From: Parvularculaceae bacterium
Lineage (GTDB): Bacteria > Pseudomonadota > Alphaproteobacteria > Caulobacterales > Parvularculaceae
NCBI GenBank assembly: GCA_020446945.1
Contig: JAGRDS010000002.1
Coordinates: 190,194 to 254,193 of the forward strand
Direction: 5' to 3'
DNA: 64,000 nt
The notes under the pieces are model-generated. The model was not told where the DNA came from, ran no database searches, and was given only the letters and a program-made list of their open reading frames with translations. The position numbers were made by a program, and so were the translations under genes. The stretch's first letter is position 1; each line of letters opens with the position of its first letter. Positions 51,240-61,503 of this stretch are shown here, piece by piece.

Positions 51240-53330
51240 TTAGGAGGTTGGGAAAATCCGCCCGCCGCGCCCCTCGACGAGCCAGCCGGCTAGAAGCGAG
51301 ACGGCGAAAACGAGAAGCCAGGCCCAGGGCGATGCCGCCGGGCGCTCGGAGACGGATTCGGTCCTGAACGCCTCGCGCGAGACAAGCCCGGCCCAGTCTT
51401 TTCCGGCGCGTTCGCGGGCGCGTTCGTTAACGCGCCGGATTTCAGGCGTTTGCGGTCCGCCCGCCGCGCCGAGATAAAAAACGCCGCCGCCTGTCGCCGT
51501 CACGGCCGGTGCGAGGCGCGCCGGCGTATCAACGACATTTTCAAATTCGGGCGGCGCGGCGAGGCCGATCGCGGCGATGGCGAAAAGCCCGTCGGAGCGG
51601 GCGCGATAAAGTCCGCGCGGCGCGTTTTCGATCTCGGCGCCGAAGCGTCCGGCGCCTTCCGGCGCCAGCGTCAGTTCCAGCGTGTCGCCGTCCGGCGTTT
51701 CAATCGAAACAGGAGAGGCGGTTTGCCGGATGGTCCGCCGCTCGACCGCTAGCGCGCCGCCGCGTTCGGACAAAAGCAGGCGTTCTTCTTCCAGTTCAGG
51801 TTCTTTCATCAGCCAGTGCGCGATCCGGCGCAGCAATTCCGCATGCGGACCGCCGCCGTCGAAACCGCGCGCCCAAAGCCAGACATGATCGGACTGTATG
51901 AGGCCGACGCGCCCGTCGCCGACGCGATCGACGATCAGCAGCGGATCGCCGCTCTCATCCGTCATCAGCGTTTCGCCCGAGCGTTTCGTCGCCGGCATTA
52001 CGCGCAGCCATCTGCCCCAGAAATCCGTTTCGGGCAGATCGGCGGTGACCGGGTGGCGCATTCCGGTTTCGCTGACCTGCGGACGAAACGGAACCTCGAT
52101 CGCCGCGCCGGATGGCGTCGCCGGCAGGATAAAAGCGAAGTTGCGCCGCGCCGCAAGGCTTAGAACTCCGTTGAATTCAGGACCGGAAGAGACAAGCACG
52201 GCGCCGCCGGCTTCGACATAGCGGGCAAGATTGTCGAAATGATAGGAATTGAGAACGCCGCGATAGGTATAGCGGTCGAATATGACGAGGTCGAATTCAG
52301 AAAGTTTTTCAATGAACAGTTCGTCCTGCGGGAATTCGATGAGCGCAAGCTCGCGTTCGAGCGCATTGTCGGCCTGCGCTTTCTCGATCGGGCGCAAAAT
52401 CGTGAAATGAACAAGGTCGATCGCCGGGTCCGACTTTAAAAGATTGCGCCAAACGCGCTCGCCCGGATGCGGCTCGCCGGAAATCAGAAGAACGCGGAGG
52501 CGATCGCGGATCGCCGAGACCGGCAGGACGGCGACATTGTTCTTGTCGGTAAGCTCGCCGTCGAGCGGCTCGACTTCAAGTTCGATCACCGTGCGTCCGG
52601 GATGGGGAAGCGGCGCGGTGAACGTGATCTCGGCGCCGACAGGAACGGGCTCGCGCAAAACTTCCTCGCCGTCGACGCGCAGTGCGACGACGCTCTGGCC
52701 GCGCGCTTCCAGCTTCGTTTCGCCGGGTCCGATATCGTCAATCCGGAAACTGAATTCGACGCCCTCATTGACGATGCCGTATCGCGGCGCGCGAATCATC
52801 GTCACCTTGCGGTCGATATCGTCTGGGCGCCCGGTCCGAATAAGGTGAACCGGCGCATTCGGATTGAGTTTTGCGAACGCGGCGGCGTCGGTCGCCTGTC
52901 CGTCGGAAACGACGAAAATCGCGCCGAGACGCGCGCGCGGATTATCATTCGCCGCCGCTTCGACGGCCTCGCCGAGGCGCGATTCCTCGTCGCCGCCGAC
53001 GCTTGTGCGAATCGTCTCGACCCCGCCGAGCGATTTCAGCTTTTCCTCTAACGCATCGGCGGCGCGGGCCGTCCATTCGGCGCGTTCGGCGAGCCGATTC
53101 GATCCGCTTTGGTCAACAAGAATGACGGCGATATCGTCAAGCGGCGTTTCGTGCGCGATGCGCAATTGCGGATTGAGCAGAAGGCCGAAAAGCGCGGCCA
53201 GCGCGACCAGCCGGAACGGCGCGCCCGCCGGCGCGCGCCAGGCCGAAAGCGCAAGCGTCGCCAGCGCGACAATTCCAAGACCGGCGATCGCGGCGGCGGG
53301 AAAGGCGGGTTCGAAAGCGATTGCGGTCAT
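51240..53330 (-). CDS. Membrane protein with a VWA-like domain (MIDAS DQSGS) and a class-I glutamine-amidotransferase-like (DUF1355/ThuA-like) domain. Fourth gene of the MoxR operon.
   Basis: I prefer the ATG at 53330 (ATGA overlap with the upstream stop). It has N-terminal TM helices, VILVDQSGSN...IFVVSDGQATD and RVLLISGEPHPGERVWRNLL...DLVIFD, and a C-terminal TM segment. Confidence 0.75.
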   Translation of the reverse strand: MTAIAFEPAFPAAAIAGLGIVALATLALSAWRAPAGAPFRLVALAALFGLLLNPQLRIAHETPLDDIAVILVDQSGSNRLAERAEWTARAADALEEKLKSLGGVETIRTSVGGDEESRLGEAVEAAANDNPRARLGAIFVVSDGQATDAAAFAKLNPNAPVHLIRTGRPDDIDRKVTMIRAPRYGIVNEGVEFSFRIDDIGPGETKLEARGQSVVALRVDGEEVLREPVPVGAEITFTAPLPHPGRTVIELEVEPLDGELTDKNNVAVLPVSAIRDRLRVLLISGEPHPGERVWRNLLKSDPAIDLVHFTILRPIEKAQADNALERELALIEFPQDELFIEKLSEFDLVIFDRYTYRGVLNSYHFDNLARYVEAGGAVLVSSGPEFNGVLSLAARRNFAFILPATPSGAAIEVPFRPQVSETGMRHPVTADLPETDFWGRWLRVMPATKRSGETLMTDESGDPLLIVDRVGDGRVGLIQSDHVWLWARGFDGGGPHAELLRRIAHWLMKEPELEEERLLLSERGGALAVERRTIRQTASPVSIETPDGDTLELTLAPEGAGRFGAEIENAPRGLYRARSDGLFAIAAIGLAAPPEFENVVDTPARLAPAVTATGGGVFYLGAAGGPQTPEIRRVNERARERAGKDWAGLVSREAFRTESVSERPAASPWAWLLVFAVSLLAGWLVEGRGGRIFPTS

Positions 53331-56047
53331 CGTCGCCCGAGCCTTTCGAGCAGGACGGGCGTGTGAACCTGATCGGATTTGTAATTGCCGGTGAGCGCCA
53401 CCATGACGATATTCACGCCGGCGCGGAGCGCGCATTCGCGCGCGCTGCGCGGCACGCCGCCCTCCGCTTCGGCGCAGGCGCGCGCCGGGCCCGAAACGGG
53501 CAGCAAGGGTTCGCCGGCGTCGCCGGTCGCCCAGGCGCCGGCCCAGTCGCGGCCGCCGATTATGACAGGCGTCACCGAATCATTCGGGCCGTCGCCCGAT
53601 TGGACCCAGATCGGGCGCTCAGCCGCGCGTCCGCGCAAATCGGACAGAAGATAGAACGAGCGCAACAGCACATGTTCGCCGCTGACCGGCGTTAAGGGCG
53701 GAAGGTCGAGATTGTACAGGATGGCGCGCAACGCCTCGCCTTCCGGAGTTATCGCGCCGTCGACGGCGCGCTCGTCGTCGCGCGTGTCAAACAGGATCAA
53801 GCCGCCGAACCTTATGAAATTTTCGATATTGGCCAGCGCCGTTTCAGACGGCGCGCCCGCGCCGGGGGCTATCGGCCAGTATAAAAAGGGATAGACGGAC
53901 AGATCGTCCGTTTCCAGATCAACTGCGGTGGGCGCATCCGGTTCGGCGGAGGTGCGTCTTGTTATTTCGCGCGAAAGGCCGGTAAGTCCGGCCTGCGATA
54001 TACGGTCTATGGAGGGATCGCCCGTGCGCACATAGGCGAGGCGGAACGACAGCGCCGCAGCCTCGGTTTTCGACTCGATCGGCCGGTCGAGCGGCTGCGC
54101 CAAGGCGCGGGGAGAGCCGGCGACGACGCCCGCCAAGGCGACGAGCGCGAAAAAGGGCAGCCGTCCGGCGAGGCGCAGCGCAACGAGCGCATCGGCGATG
54201 AGGAGTGCGAGCGCGATCAAAAACAAGGTCGGCGCGATGCGCATCGGCGCGGGCGCTGAATAGGACATTCTGTCGGCGCCCGCGGGATCGAAGCGCGCAA
54301 ATTCGTCGCCCGCCCTGATCGTGTTAAGCGCTATCGGGGCCTCGGGCGCGCCGTAAAGGCCGGGCGGGCGCCCGGGCGCTGCGCCTTGCGCAATCTCCGC
54401 CAGCGTCGAGGGCGCGATATCGCGCGGCGGCTGGCGCAGGGCGCCGAAACCGTCGAGAACGCGGAACGGCGCGGCGCGCTGCGCCGATTCTTCGCCAAGC
54501 GCTTTCGGGCCGAGCGAGGATATAAACGTCAGCTTGCGGAGCATTTCAACGAACAGGGTCGATAGCGGAAGGTCGGACCAGTCCGGCGTCGCGGTGACGT
54601 GAAAAAGCGCGATCGCGCCCGCGCCGGCGCTGGCGCCGGTGACGAGCGGCGTTCCGTCGGCGAGGCTCGCCCAGCTTCGCTCCGTCGCTTCGCCGCCGGG
54701 CTCGGCTAGAACCTGCCGGCGAATGAAAACGTCTTTCGGCGAGGCGAGGTCGGCGAACGGACCGTCAGGGGAAAAGCCGCCGAGCGGCTGCGGCGTCTCC
54801 CACGTCAGCGCGCCGCCGAAGGCGCGCCCGCCGCCTCGCAGCGCGACGGGCAACAGGGCGGGCGTTCCCGCGCCCGCCGCTTCGGCGAGTGTCGGTCCGG
54901 CGAAGCGGATGACGACCCCGCCTTTTTCCGCCCAGGCTTGCAGCCTGTCTGCGTCAGCGGCGCGCAATACGCCGATGTCGTCGAGAACGATGACGGAAGC
55001 GTCGGACGAGAGAAGATTGTCGAGCGTATCGGTGAGGAACACGGCGTAAGGCGCCAGCGCCTTGCGAATATAATGCGCGCCCGCGAGCAGGGGGTCACGC
55101 CCTTTCTCGCCGGTGTCGACGATGCCGATCAGCGCCCGCCTTTCGCGGGCGTCGGCGAGTTGCACGGCGGCGCTTGACGAAACGGCCTGAAGGCGCGCCT
55201 GCGCCAGTTCGTTCTGCAAGGCGAGCGGCAGATCGAGCGCGGCGTCGATCTTCTCGCCGGCGGCGATTTCAACATGCGCGCGCGCAAGTTCGCGCCCGTC
55301 GCGCGCCAGCCCGACAAGATCGCCGCTCCAGCCCGCGTCCGCGATATTCAAAACCGGATAGGAGAGCGTCGTTTCGGTTCGGCGCGGCGGGTAAAGAACG
55401 GGCGCGCCCGCGGCGTCGATCGCAATCGAAACAGAACCGAAGCGGCGCATCGCCGCGAGCAGCGCATCGGCGCCGGCATGTGCGACGCCGTCTGACAGCC
55501 AGACGATCTGCGCATCTTCGACTTTTCCGGCCAGCGCCCCAAAACGTTCAATGACGCGCGCGTAATCCGGCGCGAAGGGTTCGGGGGTCATGTTGGCGGC
55601 GGCGCGCAACAATTCCTCGCCTGAAACGGGCGCCGCCTCGGCGTCCGAAACCGTTTCGATCAGATAGGCCTGGCGGTTCGCGGCGACCGCCTGTTCGGCG
55701 ACGCGCCGCGCGGCGTCGGTGCGCAAACGCCAGTTCGCCGCCGCCGCCCAGCTATTGTCGACGACAAGGATAAGCGGTCCGCCGCTTTGCGGCGCCGGCG
55801 GCGCGTTGAGGACAGGTCCGGCGAGCCCTAAAATCGCAAGGCCTGCAATCAACAGGCGCATCAGCAACACCCACCATGGCGTTCGTTCCGGCGTCTCGCG
55901 CGTCCTCGCGAGCCGGCGCAACAGATCGAACGCCGGAAAGCGCACCTTTCTGGGCGAGGGCGGCGTCGCGCGCAGGACGAACCAGACCGCCGGCAGGGCG
56001 GCGAGCGCGACAAGGATCAGCGGAGATACGAAAGATAGGGCGCCCAT
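53327..56047 (-). CDS. BatA-type N-terminal double-TM domain plus C-terminal DUF4159 large membrane protein
   Basis: 906 aa. The N-terminus (MGALSFVSPLILVALAALPAVWFVLRATPP...) is typical of the aerotolerance-regulator N-terminal domain. It has a degenerate MIDAS-like VVDNSWA. The C-terminus reads YPFLYWPI...FIRFGGLILFDTRDD. Confidence 0.75.
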   Translation of the reverse strand: MGALSFVSPLILVALAALPAVWFVLRATPPSPRKVRFPAFDLLRRLARTRETPERTPWWVLLMRLLIAGLAILGLAGPVLNAPPAPQSGGPLILVVDNSWAAAANWRLRTDAARRVAEQAVAANRQAYLIETVSDAEAAPVSGEELLRAAANMTPEPFAPDYARVIERFGALAGKVEDAQIVWLSDGVAHAGADALLAAMRRFGSVSIAIDAAGAPVLYPPRRTETTLSYPVLNIADAGWSGDLVGLARDGRELARAHVEIAAGEKIDAALDLPLALQNELAQARLQAVSSSAAVQLADARERRALIGIVDTGEKGRDPLLAGAHYIRKALAPYAVFLTDTLDNLLSSDASVIVLDDIGVLRAADADRLQAWAEKGGVVIRFAGPTLAEAAGAGTPALLPVALRGGGRAFGGALTWETPQPLGGFSPDGPFADLASPKDVFIRRQVLAEPGGEATERSWASLADGTPLVTGASAGAGAIALFHVTATPDWSDLPLSTLFVEMLRKLTFISSLGPKALGEESAQRAAPFRVLDGFGALRQPPRDIAPSTLAEIAQGAAPGRPPGLYGAPEAPIALNTIRAGDEFARFDPAGADRMSYSAPAPMRIAPTLFLIALALLIADALVALRLAGRLPFFALVALAGVVAGSPRALAQPLDRPIESKTEAAALSFRLAYVRTGDPSIDRISQAGLTGLSREITRRTSAEPDAPTAVDLETDDLSVYPFLYWPIAPGAGAPSETALANIENFIRFGGLILFDTRDDERAVDGAITPEGEALRAILYNLDLPPLTPVSGEHVLLRSFYLLSDLRGRAAERPIWVQSGDGPNDSVTPVIIGGRDWAGAWATGDAGEPLLPVSGPARACAEAEGGVPRSARECALRAGVNIVMVALTGNYKSDQVHTPVLLERLGRR

Positions 56048-56079
56048 CGCCTTTTACTATTCCATGCCGATCGCGCCCA

Positions 56080-56991
56080 TCAGCGCCGCCCGCGCTGGTC
56101 GGCGAGAGCGATGTAAAGCGCCATCAGGGCCGAACTCGCCGGCGCGTCGGTGCGATGGGGCAGGAAGTTCCATTGAACGCGCCCCGCGAGGTTTCTCAGC
56201 GCTTCGCGATGCGCGGCGAATTCGCGCCGATAGGCCTCGCCGAGCGAACGCGCATCGCCGAAGGTTAACCGGTCGCGGCTTTCAAAGTCGGAAAATTCGG
56301 TTCGCCCCTTAAAGGGGAAAGTTTCCTCGGCGGGATCGATGATCTGAAGCATTACGCCCTTGATCCCTTGCGATGCATATTGCGCGACGACGTCGGCGAT
56401 CTTCTCGGGGTCGGCGAAAAAATCGCTGATCATGACGATCCTGGCATGGGCGCCGACATGAGCGTAAACCGGCAGGGACGCCAGATCGTCGAACGCATCG
56501 ATTTCGAATTCCTCATAAAAGCGCGCCGCCGCGTTTCGGCCGTGAAAGATGCGCCGTTCCGGTCCGGCGAGTCCGATGCGTTCGCCGCCTTCTGCAAGAA
56601 GCGTTGCAAGTGCAACCGCTATGATATCGGCGCGCCGCCGCTTGGTCGGCTGGTCTTTCAGGGAAGCGTAATCGAGCGAGCGGGATTTATCGCGCCAGAT
56701 CCAAACGGCCGCCGCCGCGTCCCATTCATTCTGGCGGATATAAAGTCGATCTGCGATGCGCGCCGACTGGCGCCAGTCGATCGCCGACACCGGATCGCCG
56801 AAAGCGTAAGGGCGATGCTGCCAGAACGATTCCCCGGGTCCGGCGCGGCGGCGCCCGTGCATGCCGGCCGCGACGGTGTGGGCGATGCGTTCCGCCTCGA
56901 CAAGCAGCGGCGGGAAGGAGACGGCGATCGCCTCCGCCTCATGTCTTACGATCGCCCCGTGATTGCTTTGCGGGCGTTCGTTCATCGTCAA
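56080..56991 (-). CDS. DUF58 (VWA-fold) protein
   Basis: 303 aa reading PGESFWQHRPYAFGDPVSAIDWRQSAR...LYIRQNEWD. It overlaps the moxR stop by 4 nt. Confidence 0.8.
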   Translation of the reverse strand: MTMNERPQSNHGAIVRHEAEAIAVSFPPLLVEAERIAHTVAAGMHGRRRAGPGESFWQHRPYAFGDPVSAIDWRQSARIADRLYIRQNEWDAAAAVWIWRDKSRSLDYASLKDQPTKRRRADIIAVALATLLAEGGERIGLAGPERRIFHGRNAAARFYEEFEIDAFDDLASLPVYAHVGAHARIVMISDFFADPEKIADVVAQYASQGIKGVMLQIIDPAEETFPFKGRTEFSDFESRDRLTFGDARSLGEAYRREFAAHREALRNLAGRVQWNFLPHRTDAPASSALMALYIALADQRGRR

Positions 56992-57971
56992 AACGCCCCG
57001 GATACGAGTTCGTCGATAAAGTCGTCGATCTCTACGCCCTGCGCGCGCGCAGAGAAGTTGAGCGCCATGCGATGGCGCAGGACAGGTTTTGCAAGCCGGC
57101 GCACATCCTCCATCGAAGGCGCGCGGCGCCCGTCGATGAGCGCGAGCGCGCGGCAGGCCAGCGAAAGCGATTGACTGGCGCGCGGCCCCGGTCCCCAGCC
57201 GACGAATTCGCGAACGCGCGGCGCGGCCTCGCCGGTCGGGCGCGCGCTTCTTACGAGCGCCAGGATCGCATCGACAATGCGTTCGGCGATCGGCATGCGC
57301 CGAACCAGCCTTTGCGCCCGTTCGAGATCCTCAGCGCTCATCGCCGCAGCGATATCATTCGCTTCGAGGCCGGTCGTCGCCGCCAGCATGCGCCGCTCCG
57401 CCGCTTCATCGGGATAGCCGACATTTATCTGCATCAAAAACCGATCGAGCTGCGCTTCGGGAAGCGGATAGGTTCCTTCCTGTTCGATCGGGTTTTGCGT
57501 CGCCAGAACGTGAAACGGCGAGGGAAGGTCATGGCGTTCGCCGGCGACCGTCACGTGCAGTTCCTGCATCGCCTGCAACAATGCGGACTGCGTGCGCGGA
57601 CTGGCGCGATTTATTTCGTCCGCCATCAGCAGCTGGCAAAATACGGGTCCGGGAATGAACCGGAACGCGCGCTTGCCGTCGGCGCTTTCTTCAAGGACTT
57701 CCGATCCGAGAACATCGCCCGGCATCAGGTCCGGCGTGAATTGCACGCGCTTGGCGGAAAGGCCCATCAACTGGCCGATCGAGGCGACTAGAAGCGTTTT
57801 GGCGAGGCCGGGCGCGCCGACCAGCAGGCCGTGCCCGCCCGCCGCGAGCGTTGCAAGCGTAAGCTCCACGACTTCATCCTGGCCGTATACGACCGCGGAA
57901 AGGCTCTGGCGCGCCGCCCGGAACTGGCCGGCGGCCGTTTCGAAATCCTTCAAAATATCTTCTTGCGTCAT
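56988..57971 (-). CDS. MoxR-family AAA+ ATPase
   Basis: It has Walker A (LLVGAPGLAKT), Walker B (LLMADEINRASPRTQSALLQAMQE) and the MoxR C-terminal region. I prefer the ATG at 57971 (MTQEDILKDF...). Confidence 0.9.
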   Translation of the reverse strand: MTQEDILKDFETAAGQFRAARQSLSAVVYGQDEVVELTLATLAAGGHGLLVGAPGLAKTLLVASIGQLMGLSAKRVQFTPDLMPGDVLGSEVLEESADGKRAFRFIPGPVFCQLLMADEINRASPRTQSALLQAMQELHVTVAGERHDLPSPFHVLATQNPIEQEGTYPLPEAQLDRFLMQINVGYPDEAAERRMLAATTGLEANDIAAAMSAEDLERAQRLVRRMPIAERIVDAILALVRSARPTGEAAPRVREFVGWGPGPRASQSLSLACRALALIDGRRAPSMEDVRRLAKPVLRHRMALNFSARAQGVEIDDFIDELVSGAF

Positions 57972-58297
57972 GATCGGCGTCCCTGGCGGCCGGATAGCCG
58001 ACCATAAAGGCGAAAATTCGCTAACTCTTTCTGATAACACGCTTTTGATCGCCGCCTGCAACCATTCGACAGCGATATCGCTCCGGCTGTCGCAGCACTC
58101 TTGCCACTTGCGGGGCGAGCGCCAACTTTCCTAGCATGGCCCCGGCGCGGCCGAACGATCAATCCGCTACCGATTGGTTATCGCCGCGTTAAGAGGGGCG
58201 TGGCACAATCCCGCCGGCGTTCGCCTTGCCGAAGCCATGATGCGGGGGCGATAGTGCGCATATGCGCGGCTTGGCCGCAAAACAAAGGGTATGGTCA

Positions 58298-60193
58298 GTG
58301 TCTGACGAAGAACACAAGAACAGCGTCTGGGGATTCATAAAAGGTTTCGGCAAGCTGATGATCGGCATCTTGATGGTGCTGCAGGGGATCGTCGGTCTCG
58401 CCGTGCTGCTTTTGTTCGTCGGCCTATTCACGGGCATCAGCGACGGCATCGGCGGTCAAAGGGCGGCGACGCATGTTCCAAAAGACGCAGCGTTGCTCAT
58501 CAATCCGAACGGCGTCCTGGTTGAGGAAGCGGAGGCTGTAGATCCGTTCCAGAGTTTCCTTCAGGAAGCCTATGGCGCTGACGAACCCACCCAGATCGAA
58601 GTCGGCGAACTTGCGCGCGTCATTCGCGCCGCAGCGAAAGACGAGCGGATCAAGGGTATCGTTCTCGACCTGTCGCAACTTTACATTCCGACGATCAGCG
58701 CTTCGAAAGCGCATTATATCGCCGGCGTCATCGACGAATTCAAAGCGGCGGGCAAGAAAGTATACGCCGTCGGCGATTTTTACGGTCAGGACCAGTATCT
58801 GATCGCCTCGCACGCCGATGAGATATACATGCATGACAAAGGCTCGCTCGTGCTTGTCGGCTATGGCTCGTACGACGCCTATATGAAGTCGTTTCTCGAC
58901 AAGCTGCTGATCACGCCGCACGTATTTCGCGTCGGCACGTTCAAGGCCGCCGTTGAACCGTTTCTTCGCGATGACATGTCCCCGGAAGCGAAAGAGGCCA
59001 ATCTCGCTTTTCTCGGTTCGATGTGGGACGCCTATGTTTCGTCGGTCGAAAAGGCGCGCAGCCTGCCGGCGGGCTCCATAAATCGTTTTGCGAATAACCT
59101 GAACGATATTTTGCGCGAAACGCATGGCGATTTCGCCGAAGCCGCGTTGCGCTTCAAGCTTGTCGATCATCTGAGTTCGCGGCCTGAGCAGCTTGCGGCG
59201 ATGAAAGCCGTTTTCGGCGAAGACGATTCCGGCAAGAGTTTCAAGAATATTCAGTACGCCGCCTATCGCAATGCGATCGGGGCGACGAAGGACGGCGGCG
59301 ATCCGAATGTCGCCATCGTTACGGCTGCGGGCGCGATCGTCGACGGCGAAGCCGCGCCGGGCGTCGCCGCGGGCGGCGATACGGTTGCGGCTAATCTCAA
59401 AAAAGCGCTCGACGATGAGAATGTGAAAGCGGTTGTCCTGCGCGTCGACAGTCCGGGCGGATCGGCTTTCGCGTCGGAAATCATTCGCGACGGCGTCACC
59501 GCGCTGAAAGCGGCCGGCAAGCCTGTCGTCGTTTCCATGGGTTCGCTCGCCGCATCGGGCGGCTACTGGATTTCTTCGCCGGGCGATGAAATCTGGGCTG
59601 CGCCGACGACGGTGACGGGTTCGATCGGCATATTCGCGTTCTTCCCGACATTTGAAAAAGCCGCCGAACATTGGGGGCTGAATGTCGACGGCGTCGGCAC
59701 GACGGCGCTGTCATCGCTTTACGCAACCGGCGTCGGCCCGCTTGAAGACAATGTCGCCGACATTTTCCAGCAAAGCGTCGAGGACGGGTATCGAGACTTC
59801 CTCGGCGTTGTCGCCGAAGGGCGCAATCTGACGCCTGAATATGTCGACTCGGTCGGGCAGGGCCGGGTCTGGATCGGCGTAACGGCGCAGGAGTTGAAGC
59901 TTGTCGACAATCTGGGCGATATCGACGCGGCGATTGCGGCCGCCGCCCGACTTGCGCAGCTTGAAAAATATGACGCCGTGAAAATTCGCGAAGAACAATC
60001 CCCCTTTGCTGTCTTCTTCGGCGAGGCTGCGGCGAGGACCATGGCGATGATGGGGATTGACAGATCGACGGCGGCCGCATCGCATTCGATCGTTTCCAGG
60101 GCGATTTCCGCCGTTCAAAAGGAAGTCGCGTTTTTCGACCAGTTCAACGATCCCAATGCGCTTTACGCGCGCTGCGTCGTTTGCGGAAACTGA
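58298..60193 (+). CDS. sppA: Signal peptide peptidase SppA, 67K (tandem S49 domain) type
   Basis: It has an N-terminal TM segment (LMIGILMVLQGIVGLAVLLLFVGLF) and two ClpP/S49-like domains (VVLRVDSPGGSAFASE..., SMGSLAASGGYW). I propose the GTG at 58298; the track ATG at 58262 is also possible. Confidence 0.88.
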   Translation: MSDEEHKNSVWGFIKGFGKLMIGILMVLQGIVGLAVLLLFVGLFTGISDGIGGQRAATHVPKDAALLINPNGVLVEEAEAVDPFQSFLQEAYGADEPTQIEVGELARVIRAAAKDERIKGIVLDLSQLYIPTISASKAHYIAGVIDEFKAAGKKVYAVGDFYGQDQYLIASHADEIYMHDKGSLVLVGYGSYDAYMKSFLDKLLITPHVFRVGTFKAAVEPFLRDDMSPEAKEANLAFLGSMWDAYVSSVEKARSLPAGSINRFANNLNDILRETHGDFAEAALRFKLVDHLSSRPEQLAAMKAVFGEDDSGKSFKNIQYAAYRNAIGATKDGGDPNVAIVTAAGAIVDGEAAPGVAAGGDTVAANLKKALDDENVKAVVLRVDSPGGSAFASEIIRDGVTALKAAGKPVVVSMGSLAASGGYWISSPGDEIWAAPTTVTGSIGIFAFFPTFEKAAEHWGLNVDGVGTTALSSLYATGVGPLEDNVADIFQQSVEDGYRDFLGVVAEGRNLTPEYVDSVGQGRVWIGVTAQELKLVDNLGDIDAAIAAAARLAQLEKYDAVKIREEQSPFAVFFGEAAARTMAMMGIDRSTAAASHSIVSRAISAVQKEVAFFDQFNDPNALYARCVVCGN

Positions 60194-60248
60194 TCGAAGG
60201 TTTTGAATATCGGGCGGGCCGGCGTGAAAGCGCCGGCTCGACTCGCAT

Positions 60249-60821
60249 ATGAGCGACCTTCTTCGATATGCGGCCGACCTTCACGACGCGAAAAGGCGGC
60301 CCGCGCCGCCGGTCGAGAAATGGAATCCGCCTTATTCCGGCGAGATCGATATCGTCATCAGGCGAGACGGCGTATGGGAGCATGAGGGCGCGCCGATCGC
60401 GCGCGCCGCGCTCGTGCGCCTTTTTTCGACCGTTCTGCGAAAGGAAGGCGCGCGGCATTTCCTCGTCACGCCGGTCGAAAAACTGGCGATCAAGGTCGTC
60501 GATGCGCCTTTTGTCGCGGTTTTGATGCAATGCGAGGGCGAAGGCGACGAGCGGCGGATTTCGTTTAAGACCAGTCTCGGCGACGAGGTTGAAGCGGGGC
60601 GCGCGCACCCCATCTCCTATCGTCAGAAAGATGGCGAATGGACGCCCTATATAGAAGTGAGGGCCGGGCTTGAGGCGCTGATCGCGCGATCGGTTTTTTA
60701 CGAGCTTGTCGCGGTTGGCGAAACGCGCGAGATCGACGGCGAGCCCTGGTTCGGCGTCACGTCGGCGGGCGTGTTTTTTCCGTTCAGACCGGCGCGAGAG
60801 ATTTTCGCTGCAACCGTTTGA
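60249..60821 (+). CDS. DUF1285-family protein
   Basis: 190 aa reading WNPPYSGEIDIVIRRDGVWEHEGAPI...LVRLFSTVLRKEG. It occupies a conserved position next to the NUDIX and cca genes. Confidence 0.75.
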   Translation: MSDLLRYAADLHDAKRRPAPPVEKWNPPYSGEIDIVIRRDGVWEHEGAPIARAALVRLFSTVLRKEGARHFLVTPVEKLAIKVVDAPFVAVLMQCEGEGDERRISFKTSLGDEVEAGRAHPISYRQKDGEWTPYIEVRAGLEALIARSVFYELVAVGETREIDGEPWFGVTSAGVFFPFRPAREIFAATV

Positions 60822-60906
60822 TCGCCTGAAAGGTCCGGCGCGAAACGCGAGAAAGACAAAAGACGTGGAGAATTGGCGCGCCCTGATAGAAAAGAACCTG
60901 TCGCGC

Positions 60907-61503
60907 ATGACGACGCAGCGCGTGCGCGAAATTTTCGCCGAAATAAATCCGCATCTCGTGGGCGATGCGCGGTTCGAAAGCCGGTGGACGAAAAAACGCC
61001 AGCCGGCGGCTGTGCTCATTCCGATCATCAATCGCATCGACCGCCCGACCGTTCTTTTGACGGTGCGCTCCCCCGATATGCCGTCTCACGCCGGGCAAAT
61101 CAGCTTTCCCGGCGGCAGGGCCCATCCTGAAGACAGCGATCTTGTCGAAACGGCGCTGCGCGAGGCGGAAGAGGAAGTGAACATTCCGCGCGCCGCAGTC
61201 GATATTATCGGATCGCTTGGCGTTCACGAAGGCGGGCTTGGTTTTGCGGTAACGCCGGTAATCGGGCTTGTCGATCCGCGCGCGCCGATCCGCCCCTGTC
61301 CGCGCGAGGTCGCGGAGATATTCGAAACGCCGCTCGAATGGTTCGCCGATCTGTCAAATCACACGATCGAGGAACGCCGCCATGACGGCGTTTCCTTTCA
61401 CATGTTTGCAGCGCCCTACGAAAACTATCATATCTGGGGACTGACAGCCGGCATATTGAGATCCCTCGCCGAGACGCTGCAACGCGATGAGGCGGCGCAA
61501 TGA
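60907..61503 (+). CDS. NUDIX hydrolase, CoA pyrophosphatase type (start uncertain; alternative GTG at 60865)
   Basis: It has the Nudix box GGRAHPEDSDLVETALREAEEEVNI, preceded by the CoA-pyrophosphatase-type motif ISFPGG. Confidence 0.82.
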   Translation: MTTQRVREIFAEINPHLVGDARFESRWTKKRQPAAVLIPIINRIDRPTVLLTVRSPDMPSHAGQISFPGGRAHPEDSDLVETALREAEEEVNIPRAAVDIIGSLGVHEGGLGFAVTPVIGLVDPRAPIRPCPREVAEIFETPLEWFADLSNHTIEERRHDGVSFHMFAAPYENYHIWGLTAGILRSLAETLQRDEAAQ

